Shown here piece by piece: positions 1 through 8,674 of a stretch of 64,000 nucleotides of DNA. The position numbers and the translations under genes were made by a program. The notes below the pieces were generated by a model. It had not been told where the DNA came from. It worked only from the letters and a program-made list of their open reading frames with translations, and did no database searches. Numbering within the stretch: the stretch's first letter is position 1; each line of letters opens with the position of its first letter. This DNA comes from an uncultured Eubacteriales bacterium (GTDB taxonomy: Bacteria > Bacillota > Clostridia > Christensenellales > UBA1242), in NCBI GenBank assembly GCA_949841245.1, contig CATKYT010000003.1, positions 1,877 to 65,876 on the forward strand. The letters are read 5' to 3'.

Positions 1-613
1 TTAAAACTGAAATGAAGTCTGGCATGGAAGAAGGAAGAACAAGTTTGAAAAATATCTGCCATTTGTTGGCATGCATGGATTTAAGAAGAAGAATTTTTCC
101 GTCATCCACTGACATAAATGCTGACAGCATGCTCATGGTGGTGATTACAATGCAAATTAAAACACACATCAAAATTATGGCACTTGTTCCTGCACCAACC
201 CAAAGAATGATGATTGGACCAAGAGCAATTTTTGGAAGTGAGTTTAAAACCACAATATATGGTTCAAAAACTTTGCGAACATTCTCGTTCCACCAAAGTG
301 CAACTGCTATTAAATAACCAAGCACAGTGGCTATGCCAAAACCGATAAGGGTTTCATAAAGTGTGACCCAACTGTTATATAAAAGCGTTCCGTTTTGTGC
401 CATGGAAACAATTTGCATGACGATTCTTGATGGTGAACTTATGAAGAAGGGGTCAAGCACTCCTACATATGTCAAAAGTTCCCATAAGCCTATAAACGCT
501 GCTAGAACAAAAATGCGGAAGAAAATTATGGCAAATTTGTTTCTTTTAAGTCTTTTTACATAATCTTTATGAGCCTTTGAAAAGTTAGTCGTTTTTATTT
601 GAGTTTTTTTCAT
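1..613 (-). CDS. ABC transporter permease, NitT/TauT (SsuC/TauC-like) family; partial, C-terminus lies beyond the window edge
   Basis: Hand translation of the minus strand from the ATG at 613 gives MKKTQIKTTNFSKAHKDYVKRLKRNKFAIIFFRIFVLAAFIGLWELL...YETLIGFGIATVLGYLIA...LNSLPKIALGPIIILWVGAG. It has several TM helices, and its start overlaps the stop of the upstream ATPase gene by 29 nt. It is missing from the ORF track only because it has no stop in the window. The + ORFs 12..317 and 363..563 are antisense shadows of it. Confidence 0.8.
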   Translation of the reverse strand, partial: MKKTQIKTTNFSKAHKDYVKRLKRNKFAIIFFRIFVLAAFIGLWELLTYVGVLDPFFISSPSRIVMQIVSMAQNGTLLYNSWVTLYETLIGFGIATVLGYLIAVALWWNENVRKVFEPYIVVLNSLPKIALGPIIILWVGAGTSAIILMCVLICIVITTMSMLSAFMSVDDGKILLLKSMHANKWQIFFKLVLPSSMPDFISVL

Positions 614-1364
614 TTGTAAGTTCACTCCAAATTTTATTAAACAAATCAGAAAAATTTTTGTCTTTGCGTTTTTTAAGCGGAGTAACACCTTCAAGGTCAA
701 GGAAAATGTTGTCTTTTATGGTTGCTGGTCTTGATGTTAAAACCAAAATCTTATCAGACATTGAAAGCGCTTCTGATATGTCGTGTGTCACAAGAAGTGC
801 TGATTTTTTTTCTGTCTTTATTATGGAATAGACATCATCACAGACAGAAAGTCTGGTTTGATAGTCCAGTGCTGAAAATGGTTCATCAAGCAAAAGCAAT
901 TTTGGTTCTAAAACCAAAGTTCGAATCAATGCCACTCTTTGACGCATTCCACCTGAAAGTTGTCTTGGCTTTTGATTTTTAAAACCATAAAGGTCATATT
1001 TTTTAAGCAAATCTTCTGCTTTGGCAAGTTTTTCATCCTTATTGTCTGGTTTTTGAATTTCAATGCCTAATGTGATGTTTTTCCATACACTTCGCCATTC
1101 AAGAAGATGGTCTTTTTGAAACATATATCCAATCTTTGTTCGGTCTATTTTATTTTCTCCGTCAAGTAAAATTTCTCCGCTGGAAGGCTTTAAAAGTCCG
1201 GCTGTAAGGGAAAGAATGGTTGTTTTTCCACAACCACTTGGTCCAACAAGCGAAGCAAAAGATTCTTCTTCAACATTGAAATTTACATTGTTTAAAGCAA
1301 AAATTTCGTCAGTTTTTGTTTGATAGAAATAATTGACATTTTTAAAAGTTAGTATGTTTTTCAT
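585..1364 (-). CDS. ABC transporter ATP-binding protein (nitrate/sulfonate/taurine type)
   Basis: Walker A GPSGCGKTT, ABC signature LSGGMRQRVALIRT, Walker B LLLLDEPFSALD and H-loop VTHD. Confidence 0.92.
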   Translation of the reverse strand: MKNILTFKNVNYFYQTKTDEIFALNNVNFNVEEESFASLVGPSGCGKTTILSLTAGLLKPSSGEILLDGENKIDRTKIGYMFQKDHLLEWRSVWKNITLGIEIQKPDNKDEKLAKAEDLLKKYDLYGFKNQKPRQLSGGMRQRVALIRTLVLEPKLLLLDEPFSALDYQTRLSVCDDVYSIIKTEKKSALLVTHDISEALSMSDKILVLTSRPATIKDNIFLDLEGVTPLKKRKDKNFSDLFNKIWSELTNEKNSNKND

Positions 1365-1457
1365 AAGTTTTCCTAAGTTTGTAAGAAATTACTCCTTACA
1401 ATTACATTCTATTTTGATTGCAAATTTTTGTTCCTTAAAAATTTTTGTCACGGTTTG

Positions 1458-1486
1458 TTGAATTTGCAAAAATTACAGGATAAAAT
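1458..1486 (+). promoter_or_regulatory. sigma-A-type promoter of the capsid cassette
   Basis: TTGAAT (1458-1463), 17 nt spacer, TAAAAT (1481-1486), lying 24 nt upstream of the first ATG. Confidence 0.4.
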
Positions 1487-1509
1487 GTCAGCAAAAGTTG
1501 AAGGTGAAC

Positions 1510-1800
1510 ATGGACGAAGAAGAAATTAAAAGGGCGTTGCTTAAAAAGGCTATTGGATTTGAATGTGATGAAGTGGTGGAAGAATACACCACTGACGAAA
1601 ATGGCAATGCCGTTTTAAGCAAACGAAAAATCACAAAAAAGTTTAATCCGCCTGATATTTCGGCACTTCGTTTTTTGTTGGAACAAGAAAGTTTGACAGA
1701 TGACGAGATTTCTAAGATGACGGACGAACAACTTTTGTTGGAAAAACAACGCCTTTTGCAACTTTTAAAAGAAAAGGAGAAAGAAGATGAAAATGTCTGA
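1510..1800 (+). CDS. Small acidic coiled-coil protein with weak resemblance to the C-terminal part of Firmicute phage small-terminase proteins; no N-terminal HTH
   Basis: ATG at 1510 follows GAAGGTG; the ORF-track TTG start at 1498 is less likely. KKAIGFECDEVVEEYTTDENG...KRKITKKFNPPDISALRFLLEQ resembles the KKALGYE...K.IPPD..A..F.L motif I associate with TerS-type proteins. This rests on recollection only. Confidence 0.35.
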   Translation: MDEEEIKRALLKKAIGFECDEVVEEYTTDENGNAVLSKRKITKKFNPPDISALRFLLEQESLTDDEISKMTDEQLLLEKQRLLQLLKEKEKEDENV

Positions 1801-2002
1801 TTGCAATGGTCAAATTAAATGTGATTTTTATGGATGCACAAATTTGGCAAAATACAGTTTTTCCACAAAAGGGTTTTTAAAAAGAGAACTTAATTTTTGT
1901 GATGGCTGTATGAAAGAAATGTTTGAATGTTTTTCTAAGGCATGTGTTCCAAAACCAGTTGAAGCACCTTTCAAAAGAAAAACTAAAAAGGAGACAAAAT
2001 GA
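1787..2002 (+). CDS. Cys-rich small protein (putative zinc ribbon), basic C-terminus
   Basis: AAGGAG lies 7 nt upstream of the ATG. The 71 aa include 8 Cys (C6, C12, C17, then CDGC...C...C). It overlaps the previous gene, and its stop overlaps the portal start (ATGA). Confidence 0.5.
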   Translation: MKMSDCNGQIKCDFYGCTNLAKYSFSTKGFLKRELNFCDGCMKEMFECFSKACVPKPVEAPFKRKTKKETK

Positions 2003-3843
2003 AGAAAATAATGGAAAATGATTTGGTAAGACAAACTTTGGAAGATTTTGAAGCAAGGGTTAAAGAAAGAAAAAGTTTTGACAGCCAATGGCAATTAAAT
2101 ATTAATTTCTATATGGGAAATCAATATTGTGATGTTGGATATGGTGGATTTGTCAGAGAAACAGATAAACAGTTTTTCTGGCAAGAAAGAGAAGTTTTTA
2201 ACCACATTGCGCCAATTGTAGATATGCGTCTTTCCAAACTTTATAAAATAAAGCCTAAGATGCATGTTTTGCCATCAACAAATGAAGAACAGGACATTTA
2301 CACGGCAAAGGTTGGTAAGAAGATTTTAAGTTCGATTACTTCAAAGTTGAATTTATACGACAAAATCAATCAAGCAACCAAGTGGAGCGAAATTTGTGGA
2401 ACAAGTTTTTATAAAATTTCATGGAATGCTGAACTTGGGCAAGTTGTTGCGATAAGTGATGATGGAAAAACAGTTAAAACAGGTGAAGTTCAAATAAGTG
2501 TTTGCAGTCCTTTTGAAATATATCCTGACAATGTTACTCATGAAAATTTAAGTGAATGTCAAAGCATTATTCATGCCAAGGCCTACACAGTGGATCAAAT
2601 AAAGCAAATTTATGGCGTGGAAGTGGCTGGCAAGGAAACGAAAGTTTATTCTCTTGACAGTGTTACTTCTGCTCTTGGCGGGCTTGGTTTGGGTGGTTTT
2701 GCCACAAAGTTGGAAGAAACCACTTTAAAAAACAGTGCTATTGTAATTGAAAAATATGTCAGACCATCGAGTGAATATCCAGACGGCAGATTTATTGTTA
2801 TTGCGGGAGATGTGCTTGTGCATGATGGAGAACTTCCTTATGTTAATGGTTTTGATGGACAAAGAGATTTTCCTTTTGTTATGCAGGTGTGCAGTGATGA
2901 AGTTGGTTGCTTCTGGGGTGTAAGCATGATTAACAGGCTTATTCCAATTCAAAGAGCGTATAATGCTGTTAAAAATCGTAAGCATGAATATCTTAATCGT
3001 CTTACTATGGGTGTTTTGACAGTTGAAGATGGAAGTGTCGACATTGACGACCTTGAAGATGAAGGACTTGCTCCTGGAAAAATTTTGGTTTACAGACAAG
3101 GAGCAAATGCTCCTAAATATTTAGGTGGCGAGAATGTTCCAACCGATTTTGAAAAGGAAGAAGAAAGATTATTGAAAGAATTTTCTTCTTTGGCAAGTGT
3201 AAGTGAAATGGGTAATATGGACAGTGTTTCAAGCATGAGTGGTGTGGCTTTGGAACTTTTGCTTGATGAAAATGAAAGCAGGCTTAGATATGCCACAGAC
3301 AGCGTGAAAAATTCCATTAAAGATTTGGCCAAGCAGGTTTTAAGACTTTACAGACAATTTGCCACTTTTCCAAGGTTGGTGAAAATTGTTGGAGAAAATG
3401 GAGAACTTGACATCTTCTATTTCAGAAGCAGTGATATTTCCAGTGATGATGTTCAGTTTGACATTGAAAATGAAAGCAATGACACTATGACTCAACGCAG
3501 AGATATGATATTCTCTTTGCTTGATAAAGGGCTTTTCTATGACGAAAATGGCAAAATATCCAATTCTTTAAAAACAAAAATATTGGAAGATATTGGTTTT
3601 GGCACATGGGAAAACAAAATTGATTTGGAAGACTTACACATTAAAAATGCTGACAATGAAAACAAAAGAATGCTTGCAGGGGAAGATGTAGTTGTTAAGG
3701 AGATTGACGACCATCAAATTCACATCAAGCAACATGTTGCTTCTATGCTCAACAATGTCTATAATGGCGACACAGACAAAGTTGTTGAAAAAAACTTTTT
3801 AAAACATATAAACACCCATAAAGAGAATTTGAAAGGAGAATAA
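1999..3843 (+). CDS. Phage portal protein
   Basis: 614 aa with no Walker A motif. The N-terminal ...WQLNINFYMGNQY... motif is typical of portal families. It sits immediately upstream of the scaffold and capsid genes and has an acidic C-terminal region. Confidence 0.7.
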   Translation: MKKIMENDLVRQTLEDFEARVKERKSFDSQWQLNINFYMGNQYCDVGYGGFVRETDKQFFWQEREVFNHIAPIVDMRLSKLYKIKPKMHVLPSTNEEQDIYTAKVGKKILSSITSKLNLYDKINQATKWSEICGTSFYKISWNAELGQVVAISDDGKTVKTGEVQISVCSPFEIYPDNVTHENLSECQSIIHAKAYTVDQIKQIYGVEVAGKETKVYSLDSVTSALGGLGLGGFATKLEETTLKNSAIVIEKYVRPSSEYPDGRFIVIAGDVLVHDGELPYVNGFDGQRDFPFVMQVCSDEVGCFWGVSMINRLIPIQRAYNAVKNRKHEYLNRLTMGVLTVEDGSVDIDDLEDEGLAPGKILVYRQGANAPKYLGGENVPTDFEKEEERLLKEFSSLASVSEMGNMDSVSSMSGVALELLLDENESRLRYATDSVKNSIKDLAKQVLRLYRQFATFPRLVKIVGENGELDIFYFRSSDISSDDVQFDIENESNDTMTQRRDMIFSLLDKGLFYDENGKISNSLKTKILEDIGFGTWENKIDLEDLHIKNADNENKRMLAGEDVVVKEIDDHQIHIKQHVASMLNNVYNGDTDKVVEKNFLKHINTHKENLKGE

Positions 3844-3845
3844 AT

Positions 3846-4484
3846 ATGGAAGAAATAATAAACGGAGAACAACCAGAAATGCTTGAAACCTTGGAAAAGG
3901 ACGAGAATATGGGCTCTCCAACGGTGACAGAAGAAGATAATGCTGAAAGCAAGTTAAGTGAAGCTGAAAGGGGCGTTCCCATTGGAAAATTTAAGAGTGT
4001 TGAAGACTTATACGATGCTTACAACAATCTTCAATCTGAGTTCACCAGAAAATGTCAAAGACTTTCCGAACTTGAAAAAGACAAAACTGCCATAACCGCG
4101 GAAGATAAGTTGGAAGCGGATTTTAAACAGTTCCTTTTAGATAATCAAGAAGCCTTTGCTTATGCGGATGAAATTAAATCCAAAGTTATGCAAAACGAAA
4201 GTCTTAAAAAACAGGCTCAACCGTTTGAAAAAGTTTGGGCGGAAATGGTGCTTGGGAAAATAAATGCCAAAGACCGAGCAAATGAGCCTTTAATTCAAAA
4301 TCTTGTCTTAAAAGATGAAGATTTAAAAAATTTGGTAATTGAAAACTATATGAAACAACTTCAAGAACATAAAACTCCTTTTATAATGTCTTCTGGGTCT
4401 GGTGAAAGGGTGACCAAAGCGGTTGCCCCTAAACCGGATTCTTTTGAACAAGCTAAAAAGGTGGTTCTGGATTTGCTTTCATAA
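3846..4484 (+). CDS. Phage capsid scaffolding protein
   Basis: 212 aa, acidic and predicted coiled coil. GKFKSVEDLYDAYNNLQSEFTRKCQRLSELE resembles Firmicute phage scaffold proteins. It lies between the portal and major capsid genes. Confidence 0.6.
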   Translation: MEEIINGEQPEMLETLEKDENMGSPTVTEEDNAESKLSEAERGVPIGKFKSVEDLYDAYNNLQSEFTRKCQRLSELEKDKTAITAEDKLEADFKQFLLDNQEAFAYADEIKSKVMQNESLKKQAQPFEKVWAEMVLGKINAKDRANEPLIQNLVLKDEDLKNLVIENYMKQLQEHKTPFIMSSGSGERVTKAVAPKPDSFEQAKKVVLDLLS

Positions 4485-4504
4485 ATCAAAAGGAGAAAAA
4501 TTAA

Positions 4505-5671
4505 ATGGTAACATTATCTAGTGCAGAAAATGTGCTTAAAGATGTCTATTTGGGTGTTATTGCTGACCAAATAAACACAAAAACAAATCCACTTTTTTCA
4601 AAAATTAAAAAATCAGCAAGAAATATTGTTGGAAAAGAAATAAGAGTAGTTGCACCAATTGGAATTAATGGTGGAATTATGGCTGGAACAGAAACAAGTG
4701 TTCTTCCAGAAGGGGTTGACACACCTTATCTTTCTTTCGTGGCTCCACTTAAAAACCTTTATGGTCGCTTTGAAATCAGTGATAAAGCAATAAGATGTTC
4801 TTCAAGCGATGTGAATTCTTTTGTTAATCTTCTTCAAGATGGCATGGATTCTCTTTTGAAAGCAAGCATCTTCAATTTAAGCAGAATGATTTATGGTGAC
4901 GGAAGCGGCTGTCTTGCAACTTTAACCGTTGCTTCTGATGTTGTGACAGTTTCAAATACTGACGCTGTTGCACCAGGTATGTATGTTGACATCTATTCAA
5001 CAACTGATCTTAGAAAAGCAAATGTATTTGTTAAAAATGTTGACAAAGCATCTAAAACAATCACTTTTGGTGAAACTGTGACAGGACTTGCAACAGGTGA
5101 CAAGATTTATGTTCACAATTCTAAAGACAATGAAATCATCGGTTTGAAAGGAATTGTTTCAAATGATTCTTTATACGGTGTAAAAAAATCTGATTACCCA
5201 ATCATGAATGCAAAAACTTACACAAAAACAGGCGTTGCATTTGATGAAGATTTTGTTCAAGAAATCATTGACAATCTTGAAATGAATGGAACTGTTGTAA
5301 ACTTTATCAACTGTTCTTATGAACTTAAAAGAATGTATCAAAAATATTTAACAATCTATCAAAAGAACATCAACTACACCACTTTGGAAGATGGAATGAA
5401 AGTTTTAACTCATTTTGGAACTCCAATTGTTCCTACAAACCAAATTGGTGCTGACGAATGTTATTTCCTTAACACTGACGACTTTACTTTCTATGAACTT
5501 GGCGATTGGAAATGGTTGGAAGATGAAAGCGGAAGAATTTTGAAGCAAGATGCAAGCAAGCCTGCTTTCTCTGCAACTTTGGTTAAATATACCGAACTTC
5601 TTTGTCAAAAACCATCTGGTGTTGGTTTTGTTTCTGGTTTGGCAACAAGCCTTCCAACATCTGATAAGTAA
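4505..5671 (+). CDS. Phage major capsid protein (probable HK97 fold)
   Basis: 388 aa with strong RBS AAAGGAG. Motifs ...LKNLYGRFEISDKAI... and ...RMIYGDGSG... are reminiscent of major capsid families. It follows the scaffold gene. Confidence 0.65.
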   Translation: MVTLSSAENVLKDVYLGVIADQINTKTNPLFSKIKKSARNIVGKEIRVVAPIGINGGIMAGTETSVLPEGVDTPYLSFVAPLKNLYGRFEISDKAIRCSSSDVNSFVNLLQDGMDSLLKASIFNLSRMIYGDGSGCLATLTVASDVVTVSNTDAVAPGMYVDIYSTTDLRKANVFVKNVDKASKTITFGETVTGLATGDKIYVHNSKDNEIIGLKGIVSNDSLYGVKKSDYPIMNAKTYTKTGVAFDEDFVQEIIDNLEMNGTVVNFINCSYELKRMYQKYLTIYQKNINYTTLEDGMKVLTHFGTPIVPTNQIGADECYFLNTDDFTFYELGDWKWLEDESGRILKQDASKPAFSATLVKYTELLCQKPSGVGFVSGLATSLPTSDK

Positions 5672-5689
5672 TAATTAAGGAAAAACTGT

Positions 5690-6010
5690 ATGGAAAAGTT
5701 GTTTAAAATTGACAGTGATTGTCTTGACATAGTTTCAAGAATTAAAGCGATTGACAAAGATTATTTTCTTGTTTACAACGAAGAAAATCAAAAATTTGAA
5801 GTCCACAATTCTTCACAAACCAAACACACTCTTTGTCTGATTTTGCCATTTGATGTTCTGGATGAAAGAACAATTGATTTGGTTTTAAAAACTCGAGTTC
5901 AAAATGCGGATAAGTTGTTTAAGGAAATGGAAGAAGAAAACAAGAAACTTGAAAAGGCAAAAATTAAGCAAGTTTTAAACGACTTTGAGGAGAAATTTTA
6001 TGACAGTTAA
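5690..6010 (+). CDS. Hypothetical phage head-associated protein
   Basis: 106 aa with RBS AAGGAAAAA and a Lys/Glu-rich C-terminal helix. No recognisable motif. Confidence 0.45.
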   Translation: MEKLFKIDSDCLDIVSRIKAIDKDYFLVYNEENQKFEVHNSSQTKHTLCLILPFDVLDERTIDLVLKTRVQNADKLFKEMEEENKKLEKAKIKQVLNDFEEKFYDS

Positions 6011-6554
6011 AGAAATTTTAAAATTGGTTTGTGAATATGTAGGCGAAAGAGAAATTTTGTCTAAACTTGACGATGAAGAAGCAGATTTTACTGATTATGA
6101 ACAAGAAAAACTTGATGTGATGGTAAAGTGTTTTAATCTGGTAAACCAAGAAATTGCAACAGACTATTTGCCACTTTTAATAAAAGAAGATGTCAGAGAT
6201 GAGAAAATTCTTTTCTCATCTCTTTCAAAAACTTTGGTGAATGTCTATGAAGTTAAAAACAGATTTGGAATGAACTTAAAATTTAAGTTGTTTCCAGAAT
6301 TTGTAGAAGTGGAAGGTAAACCTAAAACTATTGTTTACAGTTATTTGCCAGAAAACTTGTCTTTAAACGACAATGTGTGTTGCAATTTAAGAATCAATGC
6401 AAGGGTCTATGCTTATGGTGTGGCAAGTGAATTTTTGCTTATTTATGGATTAAGTGGAAATGCTGAGATTTGGGAAGAAAGATTTAAAACAAGTTTGTTT
6501 ATTCTCAGTAAGAAAAACAATTCATGTGTTTTACCAAAAAGGAGATGGCGTTGA
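6000..6554 (+). CDS. Putative head-tail adaptor / head-completion protein
   Basis: ATG at 6000 follows GAGGAG; the ORF-track start at 5985 is less likely. Size (~184 aa), position after the capsid gene and the N-terminal helical MTVKEILKLVCEYVG...EEADFTDYEQEKLDVMVKCFNLV are typical of gp6/gp15-like connector proteins. This is inference only. Confidence 0.35.
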   Translation: MTVKEILKLVCEYVGEREILSKLDDEEADFTDYEQEKLDVMVKCFNLVNQEIATDYLPLLIKEDVRDEKILFSSLSKTLVNVYEVKNRFGMNLKFKLFPEFVEVEGKPKTIVYSYLPENLSLNDNVCCNLRINARVYAYGVASEFLLIYGLSGNAEIWEERFKTSLFILSKKNNSCVLPKRRWR

Positions 6555-8050
6555 TATTCTATAAAAATTTAAAAAAACATCAATCAACAGAAGAAAAAAA
6601 TTTAGTTTTTTCGCTTTTTGATGATGGAATGAAATCAGAGATTGACGACTCTGTTGCTAAACCGAACATTTGTAAAAACTTTTATAATGTTACTTACAGC
6701 GATGGGGCATTAAAGACTGGTCTTGGATTTAAGGATTTGGAAGTTCCTTCAAACACTGAAGATCTGGAAACATGTCACACTTATTACTGCATGCCAGACT
6801 TTGTTGATGAAATTGAAGGGCTGTGGCTGGACAGTTATTACAGTAAAGATGAAGGGCGCTATGAGTATATGCTTTATTTTTACGCTTCTGATAAATTGCT
6901 TTATGAAGCATATTTAATTGACACATTTTATGGAATGGTGTTTTCAACAACTCATGCTTTGACATCTTATCCTTTTTTTCAATGTCATCATAAAGTTGGA
7001 AATCAAGACTGTATTGTGTTTTTTGCAGATGATATAATGGTCAGTTTCTGTGGACCAGTGGAATATAATCACACTGGCACGCCAGCACTTATTTCTTGTG
7101 TGGAATATTATGACAAACTCTTTGGAATTGCAAAAACAAACCGCAATCAACTTATTTATACAACAATTAAAAATCTTAATGAATGGACAGAAGCCAAAAG
7201 TACCAAAATTGATTTTATGGATGAAAAGGGTTTCTTTACAACTCTTGTTTCATTTAAAGATTATGTATATTTATTCAGAGAATATGGAATAACCAGACTT
7301 TCTGTTTTCAGTTCTAAGGATGACTTTTCTTACACTCATCTTTATACATCAACTTCCAAAATTTATGAAAAGTCAGTTTGTGTTTGTGGGGATTCAATTT
7401 TCTTTATGACACGAAACGGACTTTATTCTTTTAATGGGTCTTCGGTGACAAAACGATGTTCTGACTATGATGATTATTTCAAAAATCTTGACAACACAAA
7501 TTGTCGCAGTGCTTGCTTAAATGGTAAATATTATTTTGCCACAAGATGCAAGTTTGAAGATGATGAAAAAATGGGTTGTGAGAATGGTGAATATGTAAAC
7601 AATGTTCTTTTCGAAATTGATATTCACACTTTTGTGCTGAATGTTTATCGTGGTGTAGATGTTCGAGATATGGTGGCTATTGACAATCCTTACATGTGCA
7701 AATTGTGTGCTTGTTTTTATAATGAATATAAACAACACCTTGGGCAATTGGAATTTAGTGGAAAGACATTTACTGATGTAAACAAAAAATCTTGGACATC
7801 ATATTTCACCGATTTAAACTGTTATGGCAAGCGTAAAAAAATCAAAAAAATTGTTTTAAAAACACTTGGAAACATTCAAATGCAAATAATTTCTGACGAA
7901 GAGACAAAAACGATTAATTTCAGTGGAAGTGATAAAGAACAAGAAAAAAGTGTGTGTGTTTATGGAAAATCCTTTCAATTTTGCTTTAAAACAGATGAAG
8001 CGCAATGTGAAATTTGCAAACCTATGATTGTTTTTGATGTTGTGTCATGA
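6524..8050 (+). CDS. Large Cys/Tyr-rich structural-type protein of unknown function (possible beta-propeller)
   Basis: 508 aa with about 23 Cys counted by eye. Repeated strand-like motifs (GLYSFNGS, NGKYYFATR, SVCVCGD / SVCVYGK). The start is uncertain: 6524, ATG 6545 or TTG 6551 after AAGGAG. It is the last large gene of the head block. Confidence 0.4.
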   Translation: MCFTKKEMALIFYKNLKKHQSTEEKNLVFSLFDDGMKSEIDDSVAKPNICKNFYNVTYSDGALKTGLGFKDLEVPSNTEDLETCHTYYCMPDFVDEIEGLWLDSYYSKDEGRYEYMLYFYASDKLLYEAYLIDTFYGMVFSTTHALTSYPFFQCHHKVGNQDCIVFFADDIMVSFCGPVEYNHTGTPALISCVEYYDKLFGIAKTNRNQLIYTTIKNLNEWTEAKSTKIDFMDEKGFFTTLVSFKDYVYLFREYGITRLSVFSSKDDFSYTHLYTSTSKIYEKSVCVCGDSIFFMTRNGLYSFNGSSVTKRCSDYDDYFKNLDNTNCRSACLNGKYYFATRCKFEDDEKMGCENGEYVNNVLFEIDIHTFVLNVYRGVDVRDMVAIDNPYMCKLCACFYNEYKQHLGQLEFSGKTFTDVNKKSWTSYFTDLNCYGKRKKIKKIVLKTLGNIQMQIISDEETKTINFSGSDKEQEKSVCVYGKSFQFCFKTDEAQCEICKPMIVFDVVS

Positions 8051-8169
8051 AGAAAAAATATTTCAATTTAATCAAAATTTACAATGAAGAATATTTAAAA
8101 AATGACAATGATTTATTTAAAAATTTGCTGAAAATCAATAAGGAGTGCAAGCATGGAAGTTTGGAATGA
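8047..8169 (+). CDS. Possible 40-aa ORF translationally coupled to the 508-aa gene
   Basis: Hand translation gives MKKKYFNLIKIYNEEYLKNDNDLFKNLLKINKECKHGSLE. Its ATG overlaps the upstream stop (ATGA at 8047-8050). It is too short for the ORF track. Confidence 0.25.
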   Translation: MKKKYFNLIKIYNEEYLKNDNDLFKNLLKINKECKHGSLE

Positions 8170-8386
8170 GATAATCAGCATTATAGTAGGGAATGGGGTT
8201 TTTGCAATTTTGTTTGTGTGGTTGTTTGTTTATCAATTGAAGGACAGTTCTAAACGCGAAGAAAAATATCAACACACAATTGAAGAATTGACAACTCATC
8301 TGAAAACTTTGGATGAAGTCAAAGATGACTTACTTGAAATTAAAGATATATTAAAACTTGGAGATGAAAATGAAAAACTTTTTTAA
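8153..8386 (+). CDS. bhlA: BhlA/UviB-family holin-like peptide
   Basis: RBS AAGGAG. GVFAILFVWLFVYQLKDSSKREEKYQHTIEEL aligns by eye with Bacillus BhlA (GPFAVLFCWLLFYVMKTSKERESKLYNQI). It has a single N-terminal TM helix followed by a coiled coil. Confidence 0.75.
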   Translation: MEVWNEIISIIVGNGVFAILFVWLFVYQLKDSSKREEKYQHTIEELTTHLKTLDEVKDDLLEIKDILKLGDENEKLF

Positions 8387-8642
8387 AAAATTTCGCTCTT
8401 ACAATTTTTGGATTTCCTTTTCAGGTGTTTTGATAATTGCGTTGAATGCATTTGGAAAAATTTTTGGTTTTTCAATTGAAAATCAAGCAGTTGAAGAATG
8501 TATTCTTTCTTTTGCAGGTGTTTTGGTTGTGCTTGGCATTGTGGTTAAGGACGACACTAAAAAAGATGTTGAAAACAAAGAAGAAAATCTGGAAGAAATT
8601 AAAGAAAACTTTGATGAGTCTGATAAAAATGAAGATGAATAA
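8370..8642 (+). CDS. Phage holin, XhlB/SPP1-holin-like
   Basis: ATG at 8370 lies 6 nt after GGAG. It has two TM helices (FWISFSGVLIIALNAFGKIFGF, ILSFAGVLVVLGIVV) and a charged tail, an architecture like XhlB/BhlB. It directly follows bhlA, as in the SPbeta and PBSX lysis cassettes. Confidence 0.6.
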   Translation: MKNFFKKFRSYNFWISFSGVLIIALNAFGKIFGFSIENQAVEECILSFAGVLVVLGIVVKDDTKKDVENKEENLEEIKENFDESDKNEDE

Positions 8643-8674
8643 TAAAACATAATTATGTATAAATATACAATTAA

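Noticed and set aside
12-563. Two + strand ORFs at the left edge
   Set aside because: They are antisense to the clearly recognisable ABC permease that runs off the window.
1421-1476. TTGCAAA(A/T)TTT motifs upstream of the capsid cassette resembling the AAAATTGCAAAAATTGCAATTTT palindrome upstream of argR (20216-20243)
   Set aside because: The motif is short and extremely AT-rich, and I cannot distinguish it from chance without a genome-wide background.
8646-8672. Possible eleventh copy of the palindromic repeat (ACATAATTATGTATAAATATACAAT)
   Set aside because: It shares only the CATAAT and ATATACAAT fragments. The unit structure is not preserved, so I left it out of the family.
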